A stretch of DNA of 64,000 bases, taken from Podarcis gaigeae. Taxonomy: Eukaryota. A program made the position numbers and the translations under genes. Under the pieces are notes generated by a model that saw nothing but the letters and a program-made list of their open reading frames with translations, did not search any database and was not told the origin of the DNA. Every line of letters begins with the position of its first letter. Positions within the stretch are counted from its first letter, which is position 1. Positions 49,801-62,497 of this stretch are shown here, in pieces. The stretch is from the NCBI GenBank assembly GCA_964106915.2, contig OZ066918.1, one strand, 5' to 3'.

Positions 49801-52800
49801 ATAGAGACTGAGTAACTGAATCTAGATCAGGGGTTGCTAATGCAAACCCTGTGGGTGCTAGTGTGCTCCGCCAGTACCACCGATGGCACCTGCAAAAGAT
49901 TGTAGTAAATGTTCCTTCAGAAATCAGCACTGCACCAGAGACTTATTTGCTCTTCCTGCCCAGTTTGTTTGCATTAGTTCTGCTTCTCCTGTATTGGAGA
50001 CACTCCCTTAAACATGTCCACATCTTATTGGTGCCTTGATTGGACACCCACCATCCCATTTTGAGGAGAGGTGCAAAGAGCTACTCTGTAAGTGATAATG
50101 GTGGATGATGTAGCAGCCATTTGTGTTATGCCATACCCCCATGGCATCATTTTGTGACTGGTGTTCGTGGCACCTTCTCAAATTCCAAAGGTGCCCACTA
50201 GCCAAAAAAGGTCGGTGATGCCTGCTAGACTTGCATGCTATACTTTTATTAAAAAAAACAACAACATTTGAATATTAAAGTCAAATTCTCTTGTTAATAA
50301 ATGCAAATTAGATAGAAATGCTTGATTAAATTACATGCATTTTTCAGTTGTTACCAAATGGTTTTCATAATTTGAATTTTAATTCCAGTGTTTGAGGTCT
50401 GGGTAAAAAAAAAGTGGGACCTAGGGAAATAAGAGTGCAGAATTGTATTCATCTTTTAAATATTTCCGTGTAACCATGAAGGCCAGAAACTTGATCTTTT
50501 AGCAAAATGAAAAGTTTTCAAAATTCCATGAAAGCAGAAAGATTCTGATTTAGTACTTACACAGATTGTTAGACTACTGCCAGTCAGAATAGGATTGTGC
50601 ACTACTAACATGAGATTTGCTGTGCTCTGTTGAAAAATGTTCCTTGCTTCTGCATGAATTAATGAACCCTGCAATGACTTAATTAGGGCTTCTGATCCCC
50701 CCCCCCCCATTCCAACTCTCTGGAGGATGCTCTTTGATTTCCCAGACTCAGGTTGTCTGATATATCAAATCGATATTGGCTGACTGGACTTATCCAAGAG
50801 TGCTTTCATTTGCAATGTTTAACCTGATCTTCCAGATGTGTATTGGGAATGGGTGATCAAAACTCATCCACAGCCTCAGGCCAGATGCATGTACATGTAT
50901 GCCTTTTCCTCCTTTCTGTGCATTAGTGCTGGCTAAGTGAATCCAGCTGCCATTATGATATTGTTCCTTTCAGGCCTTTTTCATGTGCTTTATTCAGTCT
51001 GGTTTTAAATACCTCACTGTTGCAATGTGCAAAGCTTGATTTTTTAATTTTTATTTATTTTTGCCTGTGTGGGGAAAATAAATGGTCTATGGCATTTTTC
51101 ACCCAAGGTTAACATAGCAAAAGGGTTACTTTCATCTTGTTGATTGACAGCTCTTATCTCTCACTTTCTCTTAGATGTTCGAAACCATACAGGGAGGAGC
51201 ATACTTGGTTAAATATTTGCCAGTGTGATTCAGCAATACCTAACAAAACTATACACTGAGCTCCATGATTCCAGGAGATACAGGAGACATCTCCAACCCT
51301 AACATATCCTAAGTATGTGTAACTTAACTGCATTTGTTCACATTCATCCTTTGCCTGTTCTATAGCCACTTACCTCTTTTCTCTCTCCATTGTCAAACTT
51401 TAGATTCTAATCTCTCTGAGACAGGTCTTTTTCGTACTGGACTGGATCCAAAGATCCATTATAAGAACTCTTTTTGTGGAACACGCCTACTCACCGAAGT
51501 GGGGCAGTCTCCCCTAAACTGCTCTGTAAGGATGGAGGTGCAGGAGGCTGCAGCAAGAGGGGGAACTTCAGAAAATTGCCTCCTCTCTTCCTATGAGCCT
51601 CCGACAGATCTCAAATCCTCCCATTCACAGAAGGGGTCCTTCTGTGAATGGATCATGTATCCAGCCTGATGATGGCATTGAATGAAAAAAATAATATACC
51701 TTGAAAAATAAAGTAACAAGTTAACACACAATAGATGTTAACCTAAATATAAACATACACAAGATTTATGCACACATGCTGCTTTCATTTTTGCTGTGCA
51801 TGTGTGAAAGGCTTGTATACTGTAAATATTGGGTTGTATCCTCTGGTGCAGCAGGATTTTCATTTTCTCATGCCCCCCGCCAACTGCTCTGGAGGGTCCA
51901 AAGGAAAAGAATAGGAAGTTCCATTGTACCCATGGAAGTTCCTTCTGCCACTGGAGCTACAGTGTTGGATATGACCCATTGAAATCAATGGGACTTAAAG
52001 TAGTCATGACCTACTTAGGTCCCATTGGCTATCATAAGTCCCACATATTTCAGTGGGTCTGCTCTACTTATGACTTAGTCCGGATTCAGCTCACTGCCAG
52101 TAAATATGAAGCCTGTCTGAAGGAGACGTTGACGCATAGAGAGAACACAAGCTGTGTTCCCCAGCTCAGAACTGCTTCTTCATGTGAATATTATCATTCC
52201 TTCCAAGGCTACCTCTGTCTATTACAGAGAGAAATAAAACTTCTTTTTCTACAAAAAAATTGAAGAAAATTTGGGGACACCCCTTCCCCCCACACTTTAT
52301 TTGGTAATGACATTGAATGTGTGTGCATAGTTCTTAATTAAGGTAAATTTGGTGCTCAACCTTTCTAACTTTTGTTCATATGAATGCATGTTAGTTGCAG
52401 ATATATTGATTGGCCAAGACATTAGATTTTTTGCCCTGGTGTTTTTAAACCATTGTTTTATGGCAACTGAAAACTAAAACCAACTATTTTGTCTCTCTTT
52501 TTCTTCCCTAGCTTAATGACTAAAAGAAATGATACATTTCAATCTCATATCACAACTCTTGAGTGATATCATTTGCAATCTAAAATTGTATTTCCTATTA
52601 GGTAATGATGAAACCGGCTTCAATAATGGCATTTGGTGCTCAGATGTATAGGCTGCCTTGGGAGGAAACAGCTGGCTTTTACACATTGCATAGGCTGTTT
52701 CTTTGTCAACGACCATTTTTATGTCGCTTCCTCTTCACGACCCAGTGTCCATTCAAAAGGAAACAGTTCACAGTTGAAAGCAGGATTGCTGGAAAGCACT

Positions 52801-53011
52801 TAGCAATGCTGTGTTGAATGTGTGTGTAATCAAGTGCTTTGATGTGTCTCCGCAGAGCTGACTTCTTGTTTTTAGCCTCAGGCATCAATTATGTGTGAGC
52901 ATAGGAAGCTGCCTTATAGTGTCAGACCTTGTGTCCATCTAGCTCAATACTGTCAATTGTCAGCAGCTTTTTCCCATGGTAACAGAAACAGGTCTTTCCC
53001 AGCTCAATGGT

Positions 53012-53565
53012 TCATAGAATTATAGGGTTGGAAGGAACCCCAAGGGTCATCTAGCCCAACCCCCTGCAATACAGGGATCTCAACTGTAGCATCCATGACA
53101 GATGACCACCCAACCTCTGTATAAAAACCTCCAAGGAAGGAGAGTCCACCACCTTCCGAGAGAGTCCGTTCCACGGTTGAACAGCTCTTACCATCAAAAA
53201 GTTCTTCCTGATGTTTAGTCAGAATCTCCTTTCTTAAACCTGAAGCCATTGGTTAAGTTCCTAGTCTCTGGAGCTGGAGAAAACTTCCCTGGATCTGGTC
53301 ACTGTACTTCTGTTGATGCAGACTAGAATAGCATTAGCTTTTTTTGCTGCTGCATCACACTGTTGATTCATGTTAAGCTTGTGGTCTACTAACACCTCTA
53401 GATCCTTTTCACATCTACAACTGGCAAACCAGGTGTCCCCATTTTATATTTGTGCAGCTGGTCTTCCTGTCTAAGTGTAGAACCTGGCATTTGTCCCTAT
53501 TGAAATTCATTTTGTTTGCGCCTAGTTCTCCAATTTGTTAAGGTCATTTTGAACCCTGATTCTGT
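53012..53565 (-). mobile_element. CR1 LINE 3' fragment
   Basis: Reverse complement of the CR1 3' end (catagaattatagggttggaaggaacccc...) with upstream ORF2-like relics. Confidence 0.8.
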
Positions 53566-54980
53566 AAGCAGGGATGGAGATCTAAAGCAGAGATGAAGAA
53601 CAACCTCTGGTTGTCTAAGCATCTACATCTCCCTTCATCCCCCACCCCTGGCCATGCTGGCTAGAGCTGTTGGGAAATGGAGTCCCAACAACATCTTGAA
53701 AGTTATAGGTTCTATACCTCTGAACTAGAGAGGTACAACAGGGTGCAGTGGGCTTATCAAGACAAATGTAAGTTGTTACAAGGCTGGAGCTAGGCTGTTC
53801 CCCAAAGAATAACAATTCCTATTAAATGGAAAAAGGATCCTGAAAAAGACCTCAGAGAGTGACACTCACAGTTTCTACAGTCATAAGGCACAATACAGTG
53901 ATAAAGGGAAGTATTTTTTAAATTTCATTTATTTGATTTTTGTTAAAAAGAATGAAGCCTTAAGGCTGCAGTTCTAACCCTACTTACCTGGGAGGAAGCC
54001 CAATTCAGAATGCCTTACCAGGGTGGAAACAATTACACACCATTGCCCCCAAAAGCAGGTTGTGGAGGCGATATGTAGCAAACATAGATTACTATTGTCA
54101 CATAGTTGGATGAGTCAGGTTGGCCAGATGCAAAGGAAGAAAGGGCTGTTGCATCTTTAATGGTTTTGCAAAAAAGGGAGTTTCACCAAGCAGAGCTTGA
54201 ATGACAACCCACACTTGATTAAATTCCCTCTTCTATGCACCTATTGTTAAAATAACTTACTCTTTCTTTCTAATGCAATGATGCCCCCCCCCAAACCCCA
54301 ACTAAAGTTCTGTTCAGATCTGAACTGTAGTTACCAGGGTTTCCTGATCATATTTTATAGAACTCACTTCCTTAGGCTTATAATGGTGATCAGTTAGATA
54401 AGCTATTTATTAAACCATGAACACAGGAATATATCTGAGAGCAAAGATAGTGAAATAAAATCCTTTGTTTAGCTTGTATCAAATGTTTTGTTCAGTGCTT
54501 CAGCTCTCGCTCTAGAAATCTGATACTTCAGAGAATGAATTTTTAAAGAAAAAGCCAAGAATACCCTAGGGGGATATTTCTTTTAAAAATTGGACCTTGA
54601 GTGTCTCTGACATGTGATACATCTCCATTCTTCTACCTGGAAAATGTATAGGGTGAATGTAGATTTTGAACTTGCAGATAAACTTTTAAAAATCATCTTT
54701 GTTGTATACAGAGTTAGAAAGTGGAATTGGTTACAATTATATTGTCTTTCTCTTGGAACATGGGAAACTTTTTTTTTTTTTTTTGGAATGGCAATAATAA
54801 AAGAATGCATTTGTAGTTGCACTCTGCTTAGTGTAAATGTTTAGCTTTAATGTTAAACAAAGTTATAATAAGCCAGAACATTTTTTCCTAAGTGAGTGCT
54901 TCCTTCTAGGCTGGCATGGAGAAATATTATGGTGAAGCACAAACAGCTTGGGAGTAGAGAATGAAACCACTTTTAAATTA

Positions 54981-55198
54981 CAGTGGTACCTTGGGTTACA
55001 TACGCTTCAGGTTACAGACTCCGCTAACCCAAAAATAGTACCTCGTGTTAAGAACTTTGCTTCAGGATGAGAATGGAAATTGCGCCGCGGCAGCAGCGGG
55101 AGGCCCCATTAGCTAAAGTGGTGCTTCAGGTTAAGAAAAGTTTCAGGTTAAGAACGGACCTCCAGAACAAATTAAGTACGTAACCAGAGGTACCACTG
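54981..55198. mobile_element. Tc1/mariner-type MITE (218 bp)
   Basis: TA TSD; TIR CAGTGGTACCT...AGGTACCACTG; internal (CA)GGTTA(A/C) repeats; homologous to 60805-61034. Confidence 0.9.
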
Positions 55199-56957
55199 TA
55201 CACTCTTGTCTCCTGTCCCCTTTTTAAATCTCTGCTGGAGTTTTTCTACCCAAGAGTACTTGCCCCAAACCTGGATCTTGGCATCCAGGGAATTCTTTTT
55301 TATCCCGTTATTTTTCCTTCCACCCACACCCATTTTTCATAATAAATCCAAAACACCTCCAAGTACCATTTACATCAGGATCACTATAAAACAGTTGAGC
55401 ACCCTCTAGCCTGAACCCAGTTCTGTTCAAGGTGTCTCAATACAGCATTTAGTTTTGGTTTGGCAAACTTTTCCCAGGAGGCTTTTGTTAAGCTTTTCCG
55501 TTGCTATAAATAAAGAAAACAGCCTTTAGTGCAAAATGTGGGCAATGTTTAGCACAAGAGGCCTGGGAACACAAAATGGATGACCTCACGTGAGGAGTCT
55601 TCCATTGACAACGACTACGAGCTGAGCTGGTTTCTAAGCCAGGCTTCTGGTAAAAGTAAGGCATGCTGCTTTCGTACAAGCAAGGGAGTCTGAACATCTG
55701 AAAATGTGGCTGTGAAAATGTCGCATAACATTTTCTGGCAAGCCAAAAGATTACAAGTTGTTATCCCTGGGGTAGGGCCAGACCCTGCTGGAGACCATCC
55801 AGGAGTCTGATGTCACTATCAAAGACGTCAGCTACAGTACTTTCCCATGTCATCTCTGTCACTCTTGCCTTCATGCTACTCCTCAGAAGATCTTGAAACA
55901 CGTTGGTGACCGCCAGGCAAAAATAGTTCATCAGGACCAGGCTTTTTTCACATTCTGCGCTGGAACCAAACCTCAGGATCTGCTTTTTTAACCAAGCTCT
56001 AAAACTGCTAGTGTATCAGCACATGCACACACATCAGTTAAACTAACAAGTGAATGTGTCTCTGCTTTCTTCTGCCCCTTTGCTAAGTTAGCTAAGAATT
56101 TCAGTATTGGCGATTTCAGCTGCTATGCATAAAACAAATTTCTAGACGGGGATGGTGACTAAGTCATAGTCAACTTATTTATATACTGTGTTTCACATAA
56201 ATACTGCATTTTTTTAAAAAATACATCTGTGTTCAAAGTGGTTCATGAACAAAACAGAATACTCTAAAGTAGTACAATATGGATGCATATTAAAAGCATA
56301 TCACTGCAACACAATAGAACAAAACCCAGCAATTTAACAGTTCATTTACCATACAGCAAAATATAGTAAAGCATAAAGCTAATTTATCGTCAAACATCCA
56401 AAAATAGCACCAAACCTGGTGACGTTAGCAACCGCCCCCCTACCCAACTCAGTCTTCAAGGCCAGAAACTCTCCTGTAAGGAAAGGTTGCAGCCTTTGGG
56501 ACTTTTTAGTTTAGAGAGTAAGGGAGAGTAAGAGGAGACATCATATAAGTTTATAAACTTATGCATGGCATAGAGAGAATGGATAGAGAAGAGTTTTTCT
56601 TCCTCTCCCTGTTGTTGAGTGTTGGAAGATTTGGGACAGATAAAAAGAAGTACTTCTTCATGCAGTGCATGGTATACTTCTGATTACCAATTGCTAGGAA
56701 CCACAGGAGGAGAGAAGGCTGTTGTGCTCAGGCCCTGCTTCAGGGGTTTCCTACAGGCATTTGGCTGGCTTCTGTGAGAACAGGATGCTGGATTAATGAC
56801 CTGATCCAGCAGGAATACTAAGCAGTTGCCCCAAGCCAACAGTAGGGCAAACACACTTATCTCCCTGCTTTATTGTTGGAGCAAATGTCTAGGTTATTCG
56901 TTTATTTTAAATTGTACAGTATATCCCAGCTTATAGCCCAAAAGCAGCTTAGCTCGC

Positions 56958-56958
<1 letters not shown>

Positions 56959-56993
<35 letters not shown>

Positions 56994-57014
56994 TCCTTCC
57001 TTCCTTCCTTCCTT
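56959..57014. repeat. (CTTT)n(CCTT)n compound microsatellite
   Basis: Directly visible. Confidence 0.95.
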
Positions 57015-57031
57015 ACGTTGTTAACTTGCTT

Positions 57032-57273
57032 AGTGTGGTGTAGTGGTTAAGAGCGGTGGTCTCGTAATCTGGGGAACCGGGTTCTCTTCCCTGCTCCTCC
57101 ACATGCAGCTGCTGGGTGACCTTGGGCCAGTCACACTTCTTTGAAGTCTCTCAGCCTCACTCACCTCACAGAGTGTTTGTTGTGGGGGAGGAAGGGAAAG
57201 GAGATTGTTAGCCGCTTTGAGACTCCTTAGGGTAGTGATAAAGCGGGATATCAAATCCAAACTCCTCTTCTTC
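57032..57273 (+). mobile_element. tRNA-derived SINE with CORE-like domain and L2-type tail (Squam3-like)
   Basis: A box TGGTGTAGTGG, gctgggtgaccttgggccagtcac core, 3' end gccgctttgagactcct...aaagcgggatat followed by (CTT)n. Confidence 0.8.
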
Positions 57274-59587
57274 GTATCCTTCCCTTTTTATCAAGCTACA
57301 TTCTACATTCATATTTTTGCATAATGAACACAGATGTTTACATGTATCATGTGCACATCATTTTCTTGGTCTAGTATCCATCTGTTAAAGAAGGCCCTTG
57401 CTTACAGAATCAAGCTCAATGCAATAATAAATAATGCAGGTAGTCTAGAGAATGCGGCAGTTCTTCTGTGTACCAGAGATGCATCCATAGTCACGTACAT
57501 GTTTCTTTCTCTTAAAAAAAATGTCTTCCATATGAGATCTTGACGCAAAGAAGCAAGGCTGTGACTTACTGATGAATATGCTTTTCTTTGTGCCTTGCGA
57601 GTGATGTACATACAACCAGACTTTCCTCAGGATACCTGACCACCAGAGCCCTTTAGTATGTGGGAGTTTTTGGGGCAGGTGCCAGGGATGTTAGAAAATA
57701 TGAATGTGTCGATTTCCTAGGGTAAAATAAGAGGAGGGGTGGGGAGGGTAGGAAGTTTGTGAGCCCAAGGCTCACTAATGTAACACTAAATCATGGTTTG
57801 GCATTACAAGTCAACTGACAGTGTGAAAGTTTGCAGTACCAATGCAGTATTAAACTTAAATGTGAATTTTGCTCCAGTTCTTCTAATGGCAAAGAACTGA
57901 AATAGACTGACAGAGCAAACCTCTGTATATCACTGTAGAAATAATATGTTTGTGATTGTGCAGGTTTTCTGCAACTTTTGAATTTAATCCTGCACGGTTT
58001 ACTTGTTTGTACAGGCCGTTTAATTGTACAACATGTTAATTCATATTGATATGGCTGTCATTGATACTGAATCAGAGTGTCAGTGCTTATAGCTTTGTCC
58101 TCCTTTTTGTGTCTGTGTTATACTGAGACAGGCTATGAGTTCATCAAATCTAGTGTACCGTTTCATACTCTATCAGCAGCTCTCCAAGGTATCAAGCAGA
58201 GATTTTACCTCTTGCAGGGCTTGCACTTGTCCCATGCCTAGAAAGCAAAGGTCCAAGTGGTTTTCTGCTTGAGCCACTCTTTTCCCAGGGAAATCCACTC
58301 TTTAGTGCTAAATCAGAGCAACCCCAAATTGCTGTTTGCTCCAACTGAGTGCTAAAGCACTGGGACAAGAGGAAGTGTGGTAAGCCTTTACTTGATGCTC
58401 TTTATTAAATGTAAATGCCAGATCTGGGAGATATATGCAGATCCAGATTCCTAAATCTGTACCTAGTCATCACAAAACAAATGTTTGACGGTATGAAAGC
58501 AACACAAAGTAACACCAGCAGAAGTTCACTCACACCCAAATAAAACCGCAACATAAATTTCAAAAGCCAAATTTCCCTGGCAGATCACAACATACCTCTT
58601 AAAAAAGAATTTTCCCACTTTTAACAGCCTCGAGTCCCTGTCGGGGGGAAAGGTGGAGTATAAATAAATATATAACAACAGCAGCAACTAGTATTAAATA
58701 TGTGTATATATGTACTGTGCTTGGCCACTGGGCTATGGACCTCTTTGTTTTTCAACACTTTCAATCCATCTCTGAGAAGCACCTAAGGAGCATCAGATTC
58801 TGGCTACTGTCTGGCTTCTAGTTAGCTGCAGCATCTTATCAGGTTTGGGATTACCCATCCAGCCCCTGGAAAGAACAATATAAACAATAACTCAGTGAAG
58901 TTCCTCTTGCCATTTCTTGAGACAACAGATGGGAATTAGCAGGAGGGGCAGAGGTGATTGCCAGGAGCTACTGTTTACTTTAGCAATTATGATTGCCAAG
59001 TTTCCCCAGGACCGTATAACTCCAAATGTAAAAGTCTATTATGCAGGTTACTCTCCAAGTGCCTGCATGATACCACAGGGAGCATTAAAACATATGAGCA
59101 AGCAGTTGTTGTTAGAATATCCTGCATTTTGAAAGGCAGCCAGAGCCATCTTAACCAGGATCTCAATGTATTCCCACTTATCATTGTTTGTATAGCACTT
59201 TCAATATGCAAAATGTTTTGTAATCTTGCTTGTGTTTGCCCTACAATAGCTTTGTAAGGGAGGTGATGATGGGCAGAGCAATTCTATCCTCTTGTTGCCC
59301 AGAGACTGAAGATATGCTGCTGCTGCTGCTATGCTAACCGAACAGCTGCTGTATCCAATGTGTGCTCAGCTTGGGAGGTGAAAAACAAACAAGCAGTCAA
59401 TCAAGAGGACCTCTGTCTGAATGATTAGTCTGGCTCCTCTATGGGCCATCTAGACTCTGGCAACCCATTTGACTCATCCCACCACCTTCTGTTTTGCCTG
59501 ATAGGCCAGCATCCCAGCAGGACACATTGCAGCAGCCACTACCACCCTGCTTTCACATGCCAAGAGGCCTGTTCTTTGACATTGCAG

Positions 59588-59711
59588 CAGGGGTGCTAAC
59601 CTGTGGCCCTCCAGATGCTGCTGGACTAGAACTCCCATCAGCCCCAGCCAGCATAGCTAATAGTCAAGGGTGCTGGGAATTGTAGTTGAGCAACTGGTTC
59701 TCCACCACTGC
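59588..59711. mobile_element. Palindromic hAT-type MITE copy
   Basis: CAGGGGTG...CACCACTG ends; same body as 26625 and 62256. Confidence 0.7.
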
Positions 59712-60013
59712 AGTACAGAGTGCCAGAGTGAGCAGAGAGAGGATGGGCCAACTCTAAACAGCACAGCAAGCTCCCTGCCTGTCCCCGTCAAGAATTCTTT
59801 CCTGTGAAGTCAGATCCTGCTTGGGTGGAAGGGGAAAGGGATCCCTATCTACCAATCCCTAACAAGAACGGAATAACACATGCCAATCTTTAGTGGAGAG
59901 AAACTGGAGCTGGAGGAAATCCTGAAAAAGAAAGCCACATGTGTGGAGTTGCCAGTCACTTTCCCCAGCAGGGCTCCTGTGCCTTGAAGTCACCAGGTAG
60001 CAGAGTGGCATGT

Positions 60014-60359
60014 GTAAAGGTAAAGGGACCCCTGACCGTTAGGTCCAGTCGTGGACGACTCTGGGGTTGCGGTGCTCATCTTGCTTTACTGGCCGAGGGA
60101 GCCGGTGTACAGCTTCCGGGTCATGTGGCCAGCATGACTAAGCCACTTTCTGGCGAACCAGCGCAGGGCACGCCATTTACCTTCCTGCTGGAGCGGTACC
60201 TATTTATCTACTTGCACTTTGATGTGCTTTCGAACTGCTAGATTGGCAGGAGCTGGGACTGAGCAACGGGAGCTCACCCTGTCACGGGGATTCGAACCGC
60301 CGACCTTCTGATCGGCAAGCCCTAGGCTCTGTGGTTTGACCCACAGCGCCACCCACGTC
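60014..60359 (-). mobile_element. Sauria SINE, near full length
   Basis: tRNA-like head with B box GGTTCGAATCC (minus strand, 60288-60298), characteristic body (tagataaataggtaccgct), (ACCTTT)n tail. Confidence 0.9.
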
Positions 60360-60804
60360 GTTCATTATACCAGCTCCATGCTAAGAACACTTCATGTGTT
60401 GCATAGCTGTCCATCATGGAGCTTGTAAGAGCACAGGGGCTGCCTGGAACAAGTAGGTTAACAACCCTGTAGAGAAACAGCCAGAAAGCAATGTGGTTTC
60501 TGAACTTGTTCTTCATGGAACAATATATGGAGCAGCTCCTGCAACTCTTGCAGCCAATGGAAAGTAAGAATCAGCATGCACACTAGGTGTCTGTGAGAAA
60601 GGGAGAAGTGTGAGCGATACTGCCTGGGTGTTTGTGCCTGGGGAGACTTCAGTGACTGCTTTTCCCTTTGAAGTTGCAATGGAACTTTGTGTGTACAGTT
60701 GTTGCATCCAGAATGTGATGCAAAGCATTAGAGAAAGAGAAAAGGTGTAAATGCTTTACAGCAGACAATCAGGAATTTAGATAAATTGAATCTCTATTTA
60801 TATA

Positions 60805-61034
60805 CAGTAGAACCTTGGGTTACAGACGCTTCAGGTTACAGACTCCGCTAACCCAGAAATAGTACCTCGGGTTAAGAACTTTGCTTCAGGATAAGAACAG
60901 AAATTGTGCAGCGGCAGCGCAGCAGCAGCAGCAGCAGCAGCAGGAGGCCCCATTAGCTAAAGTGGTACCTTATGTTAAGAACAGTTTCAGGTTAAGAACA
61001 GACCTCCAGAACGAATTAACCTGAGGTACCACTG
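60805..61034. mobile_element. Tc1/mariner-type MITE, second copy with internal (CAG)8
   Basis: TA flanks, CAGT...ACTG ends, colinear with 54981-55198. Confidence 0.9.
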
Positions 61035-62097
61035 TATATGGCTGCAGTCGCATAGAGAGGTATTTGCTAGAATGGAAATACTCTGGGCCTGGGAGATTTT
61101 TGGAGAACAAATCCACTGTACTATTTGACCCTCATGTTTTCTGAGCCAATTTTCAACCAAGAGGACTGACTTTTTCATGTTTAATTTTAAGAGAGTTCAA
61201 TGTTCCCAAGAGCCCCTAACACACTTATCTTTTCCGTCTGTGAGTTTTATCTAATTCTCAGTAAAATTCTACTCCTAGAGTTTTAATTTTAAGAGCCAAG
61301 CCAAAGCAATGCTGATAAAGCATCATAACTCTCCTGGCCCATGTTTTCTGTTGGTAGAGATGATGTGAGCCAAGTGCAGAGAAAGTAACTAAAACCGTTT
61401 TGTTTTGATTGAGCTTTTGTGGAGCAGAGAACTTCTTGTTTCAACTGTACTTTCAGATGACATCAATGTCTAGAATGGTGTTTCTAAAAGGCTGCAATTC
61501 CCTTAGTGGTTCTGTCACCTTCAGAGAGAGAGGAGAGTGCATAGGGCTGTTGCAAAGAGCTAAGAAGACTGGGGCGAGGGGGGGCATTGACCTATATGCA
61601 TACAATTTACATATACTAATTCATGTGTACAGATACAGATATAGAATTTAAATGTCCAAGAAAGCAAGACAACTAAATTGATATCCAAATCACACACACC
61701 AATAAATTATTCAGTAAATTGGCACCACTCCCTCGATTGCCTCAGATTGCTTCCTCTTTGAATCAATTAATTTCCTAAGAGATCCTGCTGTAAGTAAATT
61801 CAGTTCCTTTCAATTACCCCCATCCTTCCCCTCGCATTGTATCTAGATAAATTCATATTTGTCTTGTACGTAAATAGCCTTGAGATGGTAGTTTAGAAGG
61901 TGATTAATAAATTGATGATGATAATGTTAAATCAATTTATTTTCCCCAAATTATTGTCCTACCCAATAATCCATATCATCACCTCATTTCTGTTTCCCCT
62001 GAATTCTTCACCTACACAGAAGCATGTGAGGCACTTAGAAAAAGATTCAGGATGTCATTGAGCATATCCCTGGCAATGACCCACCTAAGTGACTAAC

Positions 62098-62497
62098 AGT
62101 GCAATTCTATATATGTTTACTCTAAAATAAGCACCATTGAACTTGGAGGGAATTAGTCCCAGATAAATGCATATAGCACTGCATCCTAAACCAGCTTTTT
62201 AAGGAGTGAGACCCATTGAATACAGTGGGATTTCCTCCTGAGATAACATGTAAAACAGTGGTAGCCAACGTGGCGCCCTTCAGAAGTTGTGAACTACAAC
62301 TCCCATTATCCCTGACTATGCATTGGCCATGCTGGAAAGGACTGGCAGGGGTTGTAGTTCACAACGTCTGGAGGGCACGACATTAGCTACTCTTGATGTA
62401 TAGAATTGTGCTACAAGGATGCAAGCCTAAGCACACTTACCTGGGATTGAGCTCACTGGGATTTCCTTCTGAGTAGACATGCATCGGATTGCACTGC
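62098..62497. repeat. Cluster of about 90-bp palindromic short repeats (tgcaatcct...aggattgca type)
   Basis: Three decayed copies in a row. Similar copies at about 2472-2563, 19790-19900, 45251-45343 and 51955-52090; TWA-like flanks suggest a PIF/Harbinger MITE. Confidence 0.5.
62256..62395. mobile_element. Palindromic hAT-type MITE nested in another short repeat
   Basis: Imperfect TIR CAGTGGTAGCCAACGT / ACATTAGCTACTCTTG; 8-bp flanks ATGTAAAA / ATGTATAG (6 of 8 match). Related copies at about 8050-8162, 26625-26764, 53570-53720, 59588-59711 and 63748-63885. Confidence 0.75.

Noticed and set aside
57032-57110. tRNA-like sequences here and at 60280-60359
   Set aside because: They are SINE heads continuous with SINE bodies and tails; no complete cloverleaf.
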